Positions 48,228-57,067 of a stretch of DNA of 64,000 nucleotides are shown in pieces. Both the position numbers and the translations under genes were made by a program. Each line of letters begins with the position of its first letter. The stretch's first letter is position 1. Origin of the DNA: Candidatus Aenigmatarchaeota archaeon (GTDB lineage Archaea > Aenigmatarchaeota > Aenigmatarchaeia > Aenigmatarchaeales > Aenigmatarchaeaceae); contig JBDRJK010000019.1 of the NCBI GenBank assembly GCA_043814985.1, positions 32,001-96,000 on the forward strand, given 5' to 3'. The notes under the pieces are model-generated. The model ran no database searches, had not been told where the DNA came from, and worked only from the letters and a program-made list of their open reading frames with translations.

Positions 48228-48738
48228 ATTCAACAGGGAAATCGAGACCAAGTTCAGAGTGGATGAGAAACTCTCCTCCAAGCTAAAGAGTCTAAACCTT
48301 GTTCCACATGAAGAGATAGATGAATATTTCTTTACAAAGGAAAATGTTACTGGAAGCACATATCTCAGGTTCAGAAAGAAAAAGGGAAAGGTGTTTCTTA
48401 ATTTAAAGAACGTGATAATCGGTGGGACTGATGTTGACATCTATGAGTCAGAGGAAATTATGACCGAATTGACAGCAGAACAGTATGAAAAATTAAGAAA
48501 AATATTTGAAATACTATTTCCCATAAAATTACAGGTAAGAAAAATAAGAAAGACTGGAAAATACGGGCAATGTGAAATATGCCATGATTCTGTTGATGAC
48601 TTGGGCGAATTTTTTGAAATAGAAGGCAGCAGAGAAAATATAAAGAAAGTCTGCGAAGAATTAGATATTGATAATAGCTTGAGAGACAGAGAAAAGGGTT
48701 ATGTTGAAATGACTTTAAAGAAAATGGGATTGAAATGA
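48220..48738 (+). CDS. CYTH-domain protein
   Basis: EIETK, DEYF, LRFR, K.R, D.V..LG.F.EIE. Confidence 0.85.
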   Translation: MSKFNREIETKFRVDEKLSSKLKSLNLVPHEEIDEYFFTKENVTGSTYLRFRKKKGKVFLNLKNVIIGGTDVDIYESEEIMTELTAEQYEKLRKIFEILFPIKLQVRKIRKTGKYGQCEICHDSVDDLGEFFEIEGSRENIKKVCEELDIDNSLRDREKGYVEMTLKKMGLK

Positions 48739-49934
48739 AAAAAATAGATGAGAGATTAATACCAGAAGTTAATATCGGCACTCTTGGTCATGTAGATCAT
48801 GGCAAGTCATCAGTTGTCCAGGCAATTTCAGGAAAGTGGCCGGCAACTCATTCTGAGGAACTCAAGAGAGGAATCACAATAAAATTAGGATATGCTGATG
48901 CAACTATATACAAGTGTGATAAATGCAATTTGTTTTGCTCAACAGAAAAATGCATCAAATGTTCTGGAAAGTGCGAGCCTGTGAGAACAGTCTCATTTGT
49001 TGACGCTCCTGGCCACGAGACCCTGATGGCGACTGTTTTGGCAGGGGCAAGCTTAATGGATGGAATATTGTTTATCATAGCTGCTAACGAGAAGTGTCCG
49101 CAGCCCCAGACAAGGGAGCACCTGATGGTTCTTAACATCGTTGGGATAAAGAACGTCATTATTGTCCAGTCCAAGGTAGATCTGGTTACCAGGGAAAAGG
49201 CAATGAATAGCTACAATCAAATAAAGGAGTTCGTCAAGGGGACAGTGGCTGAGAATGCTCCGATAATTCCTGTTTCTGCGCAGAAGAACCTTAACATGGA
49301 CCTTCTGTTGCAATTGATACAAGAGAGAATACCGACTCCGAAAAAGGACAATACCAAGCCTGCCAAGATGCTGGTTGTCAGGTCTTTTGATGTTAACAAG
49401 CCTGGAACAGAGATTGAGAAACTGAGAGGAGGAGTATTGGGAGGAGCCCTCATACAAGGAGAATTGAAGGTTGGGGACGAAGTCGAGATAAGGCCTGGCA
49501 TAAGGACAAAGGACAACTGGAATCCAATCAAGACAAAAGTATCTGGTTTGCAGAAAGCAGGCAAGGATTTGGAAAGAGCAGATGCGGGAGGTCTGCTGGG
49601 TGTTCTGACAGAGCTTGATCCATTCCTATCCAAGGCAGACTCGCTCACGGGCTCTCTGGTTGGAAATGAGCTGCCTCCTATATTAAACAACATATCCTTC
49701 AGGCCAAACCTTTTTGATAAGATAATTGAGAAAATAGAACCGTTGAGAATGGAGGAGCAGCTGATGGTCAATGTGGGGACTGCTAGAACATTGGGAATAA
49801 TCAAGAACCTTAAGGACGGTGTCTGCGATTTGGAGCTAAGGCTTCCCATATGCGCTGCCAAGGGTGACAGAATCGTCCTTTCAAGGAGAATTGCAGAAAG
49901 ATGGAGACTCATTGGGTGGGGTCTCATAGAATAA
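48735..49934 (+). CDS. eif2g: Translation initiation factor aIF2 gamma
   Basis: GHVDHGK, HSEELKRGITIKLGYA, DAPGHE, PQPQTREH, WRLIG.G. Confidence 0.98.
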   Translation: MKKIDERLIPEVNIGTLGHVDHGKSSVVQAISGKWPATHSEELKRGITIKLGYADATIYKCDKCNLFCSTEKCIKCSGKCEPVRTVSFVDAPGHETLMATVLAGASLMDGILFIIAANEKCPQPQTREHLMVLNIVGIKNVIIVQSKVDLVTREKAMNSYNQIKEFVKGTVAENAPIIPVSAQKNLNMDLLLQLIQERIPTPKKDNTKPAKMLVVRSFDVNKPGTEIEKLRGGVLGGALIQGELKVGDEVEIRPGIRTKDNWNPIKTKVSGLQKAGKDLERADAGGLLGVLTELDPFLSKADSLTGSLVGNELPPILNNISFRPNLFDKIIEKIEPLRMEEQLMVNVGTARTLGIIKNLKDGVCDLELRLPICAAKGDRIVLSRRIAERWRLIGWGLIE

Positions 49935-49960
49935 CAAAATATTTAAGCTTAAATGTATAA

Positions 49961-51370
49961 TTGTTTCTTATGAAAAAGCTGGTATTGTCATTTCTGGTCC
50001 TATCTATTATCTTGACACAAGTTGCATTTGCGCAAGATTTCAACATTGTTGTGGAACCTTCTGATTTATCACACTATGATTTTTTTGCCAGCCATACTGC
50101 TTACATAACAGTTACCATAAACAACCCAATGCCAGAGGACTGGTTCTCAATAATTGTGTTCGGATTTCCTAATGAATGGGTTGTTGCCAAGGAGTCCTTG
50201 GTAAAAATACCTTCTTACAGTAGCAAAACAGTACTTCTAGAGGTCAAACCAGCAAGAGATGCCATACCTCAAGAAAAGGAATACCTGCTTAAGATTACAA
50301 GGCCCAGCACAGGTTCTGTATTAGAGCAAGCCATGCGCATAAATATCAAGCAGGTCACATCAGCAATAATAAGGGACATTTCCCTGAGCTGCGAGACTTG
50401 CTCTGATGAAGTCATAGTTTCGGGTGATGCTCTTAATGTTGGCTCAAAATCGTTGACCAACTTGGCTGTCATAGTAAAGGTTGCCAACCAGCAAAAAACA
50501 TTTCCAATCAATAGGTTGGGTGTGCTAGAAAGCAAAGATTTTGCTCTCAGCTTCTCGTTAGATGGATTAAGTCCAGAAGAATATGATGTTGATTTTAACT
50601 TGGTCAATGATGTTGGCATGAGCTTTTACAAAGAAACAAAGACACTTAACATCCCTTCCTTTGAGAACGTCATCTATGATGAAGAGGTATCTACAACACC
50701 GTTCGGAAGCTCGGTGACTGTTACAGCAACCAACACCGGTAATGTTGTTGCAGAGGCTGACTTGCAGTCTGTTTCAACAGAGGGATGGCATTATTTCATA
50801 TCAGGCCCGACTCCAACAGGCATGATGCTCGGCAGTTATTTCTGGAAAGTAAGCTTGGCGCCTAACGAGTCCAGAAGCATAACCTACTCTGAAATCTACT
50901 GGCCAACTTATGTTCTGATAATTTCCGCTGTGATGATTGCAGTTTTCATATACTGGCAGTCAACAGCTTTGGTTTTCTCAAAAAGATTGATTAGGAAGTC
51001 TGGAAAAGAGGTCTCAGTCTCCCTTCACTTGAAGAGCAAGAAAAGGGGCGTTGGCAATGTTGTTGTCAAGGACAGTGTTCCTGCTGATTTCTCGATTGTC
51101 AGCAAGTTCGAAAGCGTTAAACCGCTCATAAGAAAGGTAGCAAGCGGGGTAGAGCTCCATTGGAAGTTGGGAAGTCTGAGTCCACATGAGGAAAGAGTTC
51201 TCCATTACACATTGAAGCCAGCAAGGGAATTGTTTAAAGATGTAAAGCTACCAAGCGCAAAGGCAAAGGGTGTTAGACGCAAAGCACCTATTTACAAACG
51301 TTCTAACAGGGTTTCTATTCATCCCAAGAAAAGGGCAAAAGGCTTTGTCACAGTATCAGTCAAGGAATGA
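49961..51370 (+). CDS. Secreted/membrane protein with Ig-like domains
   Basis: Signal peptide, beta-rich repeats, TM near residue 315. Confidence 0.7.
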   Translation: MFLMKKLVLSFLVLSIILTQVAFAQDFNIVVEPSDLSHYDFFASHTAYITVTINNPMPEDWFSIIVFGFPNEWVVAKESLVKIPSYSSKTVLLEVKPARDAIPQEKEYLLKITRPSTGSVLEQAMRINIKQVTSAIIRDISLSCETCSDEVIVSGDALNVGSKSLTNLAVIVKVANQQKTFPINRLGVLESKDFALSFSLDGLSPEEYDVDFNLVNDVGMSFYKETKTLNIPSFENVIYDEEVSTTPFGSSVTVTATNTGNVVAEADLQSVSTEGWHYFISGPTPTGMMLGSYFWKVSLAPNESRSITYSEIYWPTYVLIISAVMIAVFIYWQSTALVFSKRLIRKSGKEVSVSLHLKSKKRGVGNVVVKDSVPADFSIVSKFESVKPLIRKVASGVELHWKLGSLSPHEERVLHYTLKPARELFKDVKLPSAKAKGVRRKAPIYKRSNRVSIHPKKRAKGFVTVSVKE

Positions 51371-51402
51371 TTCTGGAAAAGAATTTAAAGCTTACATAAC
51401 TA

Positions 51403-51657
51403 ATGATTTTTATGTCCAAACGTGATCGTTTTAGTATACCAGTAGAGATTTTGGAAACATCTATAAATGGAGCTACAATGAGACAGATTGAGCGTGAAAT
51501 GTGTCTAGCTGATACTCTTTTTAAAAAATATGAACCAATGCTTTTAGAAGAAGGAACATTAGAAAAGAAAGAAAAAATATATATAACAACAGAAAAAGGC
51601 AAAAATGCTATAACAACATATCAAGAAATGATGGCATTGATCGAATCCAAGGCTTGA
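51403..51657 (+). CDS. Small winged-HTH protein
   Basis: KRDRF.I..EILE...Y.TTEKG. Confidence 0.75.
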   Translation: MIFMSKRDRFSIPVEILETSINGATMRQIEREMCLADTLFKKYEPMLLEEGTLEKKEKIYITTEKGKNAITTYQEMMALIESKA

Positions 51658-51706
51658 TGATACCAAATAAACTTATAAATACTTCTTTAATTAATTCTGA
51701 ATATAT

Positions 51707-51822
51707 CCCCGTCTGGCTCAATGGTAGAGCGGTCGGCTGTAGCTTTTTACTGTTGTATTAAGCATTTAGCAACCGTTCAAACAGAAACCGACAGGTTGGG
51801 AGTTCGACTCTCCCGGCGGGGA
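51707..51822 (+). tRNA. tRNA-Tyr(GUA) with 44-nt intron (51743-51786)
   Basis: C1-G72 acceptor CCCCGUC/GGCGGGG, A73, BHB helix CUGU/ACAG, GUUCGA T-loop. Confidence 0.93.
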
Positions 51823-51866
51823 CTCTTTTCCTTTTTAGAAAAGAATAAATCTATGTTATCCAAAAG

Positions 51867-52184
51867 ATGAATATGGTATTAAAGAGAATTAGAAACTTTT
51901 TAGAAATTCACACTGACTACTTCAAACTATCCCTCAGGAATAGGAAAAAGTCTGTCCTTTGTCCCATGTGCAGCAAAAACATATCTAAGATAAGTGCAAT
52001 AGTACTTTGTAAAAAATGCGATGAAAAATTCTCTAAGTATTCTGATAACTTGAAAAGAACAATCGTTGAGAGAATAAAGAAACGTCCGAACAAAACCAAA
52101 TGCTCTTTCTGTAATGAAGGCGGTCTGAAATTGGATAACAGACTGATTTACTGTGCTGATTGCGACGTCTCCTTCCATCTCTAG
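51867..52184 (+). CDS. Zinc-finger hypothetical protein
   Basis: Four CxxC pairs. Confidence 0.6.
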   Translation: MNMVLKRIRNFLEIHTDYFKLSLRNRKKSVLCPMCSKNISKISAIVLCKKCDEKFSKYSDNLKRTIVERIKKRPNKTKCSFCNEGGLKLDNRLIYCADCDVSFHL

Positions 52185-52220
52185 AATAACCTTTAAATAC
52201 TTTTCAATTGAAATAAGGTT

Positions 52221-52339
52221 TGGTTGCCGATCAAAGAGTGTAGGCAAGACCCGTTCCCATTTCGAACACGGTAGTGAATCTACATTTCGATTTCGGTTGT
52301 ACTGTCGAAAAGATGGGAACCCGAAGTAGTTGGCGACCA
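52221..52339 (+). rRNA. rrf: 5S rRNA
   Basis: Helix I UGGUUGCCGA/UUGGCGACCA; CCCGUUCCCAU..CGAACACGG.AGU; GUACUG...UGGGAA; ~119 nt. Confidence 0.9.
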
Positions 52340-52406
52340 CTACTTTTCTAAATATTCACAAACTAGAAAACTATTTAAATATCTTACGAAATAAAACAAT
52401 AGATAT

Positions 52407-52478
52407 GCCTCGATAGTATAGTGGTTAGTATACGGGCCTGTCGAGTCCGTGACCTGGGTTCAAATCCCAGTCGGGGCG
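52407..52478 (+). tRNA. tRNA-Asp(GUC)
   Basis: Full cloverleaf, G73. Confidence 0.95.
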
Positions 52479-52489
52479 CAATTATATTC

Positions 52490-52747
52490 ATGGTCGTCAT
52501 ACTGAAGCTGAACAAAGGAACAGCAGAGAAGCTTTTGGAATTCACTTACATCAAGCCAGAGCAGTCTAGGAATCTCTCAGGCAAGGGACTGACATTGGAA
52601 ATTGATGATAAGGACTTTTTGATAGAAATACACGAAAGGGAAAAGATGATAGAGATAGCGGACTATAATGGAAGCTTCGGGATATGGTTCAAGCTTACAA
52701 AGGAGAAAGTCAAGAAATTGAAGGAAATAGCAAAAATGGGCCCATAA
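52490..52747 (+). CDS. Hypothetical protein between tRNAs
   Basis: 85-aa ORF from ATG 52490; last codons overlap tRNA-Lys. Confidence 0.65.
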   Translation: MVVILKLNKGTAEKLLEFTYIKPEQSRNLSGKGLTLEIDDKDFLIEIHEREKMIEIADYNGSFGIWFKLTKEKVKKLKEIAKMGP

Positions 52748-52859
52748 CTCAGTTGGTAGAGTGCCAGGCTTTTATCTGTTAGATAAAAGCATGTGTAACG
52801 CGAAAGCGTGATGACAGGAAGAAACCTGGAAGTCGTGGGTTCGACCCCCACTGGGCCCA
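52738..52859 (+). tRNA. tRNA-Lys(UUU) with 49-nt intron (52775-52823)
   Basis: GGGCCCA/UGGGCCC acceptor; CCAGG/CCUGG anticodon stem; BHB CUUU/GAAG. Confidence 0.92.
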
Positions 52860-52865
52860 CTTTAT

Positions 52866-52975
52866 GCCGAGATAGCTCAGCCTGGTGGAGCGCCGGTCTC
52901 ATAAAATCATTATGAGATTTGATCCCAAGATGATATGGAATCCGGAGGTCGAGGGTTCAAATCCCTCTCTCGGCA
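52866..52975 (+). tRNA. tRNA-Met(CAU), elongator type, with 36-nt intron (~52904-52939)
   Basis: G1-C72 acceptor GCCGAGA/UCUCGGC; relaxed splice motif (UCAU/AUGG), so a 38/39 position is also possible. Confidence 0.9.
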
Positions 52976-52998
52976 TAATTCATTGTTAAAGTGATTGA

Positions 52999-53355
52999 AT
53001 GCACTGGAAAGAGAACTTCAAGGAAGGCAAAGAAATAATTCTTTCTACATGCTCCAATTCAGGGGAGCCCAATGCCAACATAGTCATTTCCTTGGGGTTT
53101 GCTGATGAGAAGCTGCTTGTAGCGGACTGCTAGATGACAACCACAATAAAGAACCTGAGGGAAAACAAGAATATCTGCGTGGTCGGTGGCTATTTCAGAA
53201 TAAAGGGAACAGTTGAAATATACGATTCTGGAAAGTACTTTGACGTTTGTTCTGAAATTCTTCGTGGGCAAGATGAAACACTTGAAATGAGGAATGCAAT
53301 CATTATTACTGTTAAAGAAGTTTTTGACTTGGAAAATAATAAGAAAATAATTTAA
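52999..53355 (+). pseudogene. Pyridoxamine-5'-phosphate-oxidase-like FMN-binding protein with in-frame TAG
   Basis: LSTCS..GEPN...LLVADC*MTTTIKNLREN...IKG; TAG at 53131-53133. Confidence 0.78.
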
Positions 53356-54045
53356 TTACCAATACATTTTCTGCTCCTTTCCTATCTTCAGTCTGAAGTA
53401 GTTCAATAGGTAATACTTGAAGGCTGTCCTGTGGAAGCCTTTCTTGAAGCGCCTTGCAGAAATGAGCATGTACAATTCTTTACAACACTTGACCTTCCCC
53501 ACCTTTCTCAACCTGTTGCCCAGGTCAAAGTCCTCCAAAAAATTTAATCTGAAAGGATGCTTCTTCAGAATATCTCTTTTGAAGGCAGCGTTCGATGCGC
53601 ATATGCAAGGGTAATCCATTTTTGAGACTATCCTCAAAAACAAATCTCCCCATACTTTCAAACCGATCCTGGCCTCGGTTTTTGCATCATATGGGATTAT
53701 TGGCCCGAATATGCATACATTGTCTTTCATTAATTTAGATATTTTTTCAATCCAGTCATCGGGGGGACGGCAGTCAGCATCGCAATATGCTACTATTTCT
53801 CCTTTAGCAGTCTTCCATCCAAGGTTCCTTGCACTGGCAATTCCATTTTTTTTGTCCCTGACAACTTTGTCAGCGTATTTCTTGGCTATATTATATGTGT
53901 CGTCAATTGAATGTCCGTCCACGACAATTATTTCAGGTTTCAGAGTCTGCCTCTTCAAACACTGCAGACATTTCTTTATGTACTTTTCCTCGTTCTTGGC
54001 GCAGACCACCACAGATATTGTCATAAGAGAAATATGAAAAAACAA
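53356..54045 (-). CDS. Family 2 glycosyltransferase
   Basis: SVVV.AKNEE, VVDG.S.D, DAD, ED. Confidence 0.92.
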   Translation of the reverse strand: MFFHISLMTISVVVCAKNEEKYIKKCLQCLKRQTLKPEIIVVDGHSIDDTYNIAKKYADKVVRDKKNGIASARNLGWKTAKGEIVAYCDADCRPPDDWIEKISKLMKDNVCIFGPIIPYDAKTEARIGLKVWGDLFLRIVSKMDYPCICASNAAFKRDILKKHPFRLNFLEDFDLGNRLRKVGKVKCCKELYMLISARRFKKGFHRTAFKYYLLNYFRLKIGKEQKMYW

Positions 54046-54069
54046 AATATATAATGCTTGTGCAAGAGT

Positions 54070-56721
54070 TTACTTCTTTGTCTTGAGTGCTGCCTGCGCA
54101 GCAGAAAGAATGGCTATTGGAACCCTGTAGGGAGAAGCGCTGACATTGGTAAGTCCTATGCTGTGGAAATACTTGACGCTTTCAGGGTCTCCACCATGCT
54201 CCCCGCAAACACCTATCTCAATACCCTTCTTCACCTTGTTGGCCTTCTTGATTGTTATCTCCATCAGCTGTCCCACCCCGACCTTGTCTATGGTCTGGAA
54301 CGGGTCCTTCTCTAATATGCCACTGTCTAGATAACATGAAATGAACTTGCCTGCGTCGTCCCTTGAGAAACCAAGGGTTGTCTGCGTTAGGTCGTTCGTG
54401 CCGAAGCTTATGAAGTCAGACTCCTTTGCAATCGCATCAGCTGTCAACGAAGCTCTCGGAAACTCTATCATGGTTCCTATCTGGTATTTTATCTTGCCTT
54501 GGGCTCCTGTCTCCTTGGCAGCCTTCAATATTATCTCCTTGATTTTTCTGAACTCTTGGATATCAATAATATTAGGAACCTCGATCATGGGTTTGGGATT
54601 TTTGCCCGCTTTTTTGGCTTTCAATGCTGCCTTGAAGATGGCCTTGGCCTGCATCTCACTTATTTCAGGATAGACAACACCTATTCTGCATCCCCTGAAG
54701 CCGAGCATAGGATTGAACTCATGTAATTTGGAAATCCTCTCCCTTATTGTCTTTTCAGGAGTCTTTGATGTTCTGGACAATGTCTTTATGCCGCCCTCTG
54801 TTTTGGGCAGGAACTCGTGCAATGGTGGGTCAAGCAGTCTTATTATCACAGGTTTATTGTTCATGACCTTGAATATTGCTACAAAATCACTTACCTGGTG
54901 TGGCAAGAGCTTGTCAAGTGCAATCCTCCTCTCCTTTTCATTGTCTGCTATGATCATTTCTCTCATTGAGTTTATCCTGTCCTCCTCGAAGAACATGTGC
55001 TCAGTGCGGCACAATCCAATTCCCTCGGCGCCAAAGTCTAGTGCCACCTTGGCGTCATGTGGGTTGTCTGCATTGGTCATTATCTCCATCTTCTTGACCT
55101 TCTTTGCCCATTCCATCAACACTCCAAACTCGTCAGATATGATAGGATCAATAACTGGAAGCTCACCCAAATAGAATTCGCCTGTTGTTCCGTCAAGCGT
55201 GATGTAGTCCCCTTCCTTGATTTTTATGAAGCCTACTGTCATCATGTTGTTTTCCTCGTCAATCGATATTTTCCCGCAGCCCGCAATGCAGCACTTGCCC
55301 ATTCCCCTTGCGACAACAGCAGCGTGCGAGGTCATGCCGCCTCTTGCTGTCAGTATGCCCTCTGCGACATGCATTCCCTCAATGTCCTCTGGTGATGTCT
55401 CGTTCCTAACAAGTATTACTTTCTCATCCCTGTCGCTTGACCATACAAGAGCATCCTCTGCTGTGAACACAACCCTTCCAACAGATGCTCCTGGCGATGC
55501 TGGCAGGCCCTTGCCCAGCGGCTTCTTCTTTTCCTTGGGGTCTATTCTTTTATGTAGGAGCTGCTCCAGTTTGCTCGGCGCTACTCTCATAATTGCCTCC
55601 TCTTTTTTTATGAGGCCTTCCTTGACCATGTCAACAGCAATTTTAACAGCTGCCGGTCCTGTCCTTTTCCCGTTTCTTGTTTGTAAAATGAAAAGCTTGC
55701 CCTTCTGGACTGTGAATTCTAAATCCTGCATGTCCTTGTAATGCTTCTCAAGCTTGTTCCTTATCTGATACAGCTGCTTGTAAATGACTGGCATCTCCTT
55801 CTTTAGCTTGTCTATGCTTTTGGGCGTTCTTATTCCTGCAACCACATCCTCTCCTTGAGCATTGATTAGGTATTCGCCGTAGAACTTGTTCTCTCCCGTG
55901 CTTGGGTTTCTTGTGAAAGCAACACCAGTACATGAGTCTTCTCCCATGTTGCCAAAAATCATGGTCTGTACATTCACGGCAGTTCCAATCAGACCCTTTA
56001 TGTCGTTTATTTTCCTGTACTTTATTGCTCTAGAGTTGTTCCATGAACTGAAGACAGCGTCAATTGCCATTTTCAGCTGCTTCTTGATATCATTTGGAAA
56101 GTCCTTTTTTGTTTCCTTTTTGATGACTGCCTTGAAGTCCTTTACCAATTTCTTGAGGTCATCAACCCCAAGTTCGTAATCATAATGTATATCCTTTCTC
56201 TTCTTTGCCTTGGTTATTATTCCTTCAAAGTGCTTGTGCTCCACATCCATGACAACATTCCCGAACATCTGTACGAACCTTCTGTAGGAATCCCATGCAA
56301 ATCTTTCGTTGCCAGTGTTTTCTTTTAATCCTTTCAACGTCTTTTCATTTAGACCTAGGTTCAATACTGTGTCCATCATGCCAGGCATGCTGACAGCAGC
56401 GCCGCTCCTTATTGATAATAGCAGAGGCCTCTTCACATTTCCCAGGCAGAAGCCCATCTTGTCCTCCAGCTTCTTTATGTTTTTATCAATCTGCTCCTGC
56501 AGTCCAGAAGGATATGAATTTTTGTTCTTGTAAAAGTAATCGCATGTTTCTGTTGTTATGGTGAACCCAGGTGGCACTGGCAGGCCCATTTTTGTCATCT
56601 CTCCCAGGTTTGCTCCTTTGCCTCCTAGAAGGAGTTTGTCCTTTGTATTGCCCTCTCCGAAGAAATACACGAATTTTTTTGATTTGGTGTTTGTTTTCAT
56701 TAAATCTTTTACTCCTCTCAA
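54070..56721 (-). CDS. ppdK: Pyruvate, phosphate dikinase
   Basis: GGKGANL, SMPGMMDT, GGMTSHAAVVARG, GLCRTEHMF, CGEHGG. Confidence 0.98.
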   Translation of the reverse strand: MRGVKDLMKTNTKSKKFVYFFGEGNTKDKLLLGGKGANLGEMTKMGLPVPPGFTITTETCDYFYKNKNSYPSGLQEQIDKNIKKLEDKMGFCLGNVKRPLLLSIRSGAAVSMPGMMDTVLNLGLNEKTLKGLKENTGNERFAWDSYRRFVQMFGNVVMDVEHKHFEGIITKAKKRKDIHYDYELGVDDLKKLVKDFKAVIKKETKKDFPNDIKKQLKMAIDAVFSSWNNSRAIKYRKINDIKGLIGTAVNVQTMIFGNMGEDSCTGVAFTRNPSTGENKFYGEYLINAQGEDVVAGIRTPKSIDKLKKEMPVIYKQLYQIRNKLEKHYKDMQDLEFTVQKGKLFILQTRNGKRTGPAAVKIAVDMVKEGLIKKEEAIMRVAPSKLEQLLHKRIDPKEKKKPLGKGLPASPGASVGRVVFTAEDALVWSSDRDEKVILVRNETSPEDIEGMHVAEGILTARGGMTSHAAVVARGMGKCCIAGCGKISIDEENNMMTVGFIKIKEGDYITLDGTTGEFYLGELPVIDPIISDEFGVLMEWAKKVKKMEIMTNADNPHDAKVALDFGAEGIGLCRTEHMFFEEDRINSMREMIIADNEKERRIALDKLLPHQVSDFVAIFKVMNNKPVIIRLLDPPLHEFLPKTEGGIKTLSRTSKTPEKTIRERISKLHEFNPMLGFRGCRIGVVYPEISEMQAKAIFKAALKAKKAGKNPKPMIEVPNIIDIQEFRKIKEIILKAAKETGAQGKIKYQIGTMIEFPRASLTADAIAKESDFISFGTNDLTQTTLGFSRDDAGKFISCYLDSGILEKDPFQTIDKVGVGQLMEITIKKANKVKKGIEIGVCGEHGGDPESVKYFHSIGLTNVSASPYRVPIAILSAAQAALKTKK

Positions 56722-56848
56722 TGAGTAAATATTGATTTTTTAATATATTTAAAATTTACACAATAACCAACATTTATTTTGATGTTCAATAAAAGATTAA
56801 AGAGTTGTTATATAAATAAAATATCCAAGAAACATATATATTGAAAAT

Positions 56849-56922
56849 GCCTCGATAACTCAGTTCGGTAGAGTGCCTCACTTGTAATGAGGATGTCGGG
56901 GGTTCAAATCCCTCTCGAGGCT
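56849..56922 (+). tRNA. tRNA-Thr(UGU)
   Basis: Full cloverleaf GCCUCGA/UCGAGGC. Confidence 0.95.
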
Positions 56923-57067
56923 TCAGTTTTTTTCAGATATGGAAAATCCAGAATTTAAATTAAGGTCTTAAAACACTTTCAACGAGCATTCTCAAGACTT
57001 TTTAAAGCTTTCATTAGTTTATAAGATTCCGTATAATTTTATAAATGAGTTTTTCTCTATTCTTAAT

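Noticed and set aside
51743..51786. Guide motif in the tRNA-Tyr intron
   Set aside because: No antisense segment beyond the BHB helix and no UUGA/GAUGA boxes; serves as an internal negative control
52421..52489. Track start of the 108-aa ORF (likewise 58191 for HIT)
   Set aside because: The starts fall inside tRNA genes; downstream ATGs used instead
53131..53133. Pyrrolysine or genome-wide amber recoding
   Set aside because: Single case; many genes here end in TAG at expected positions
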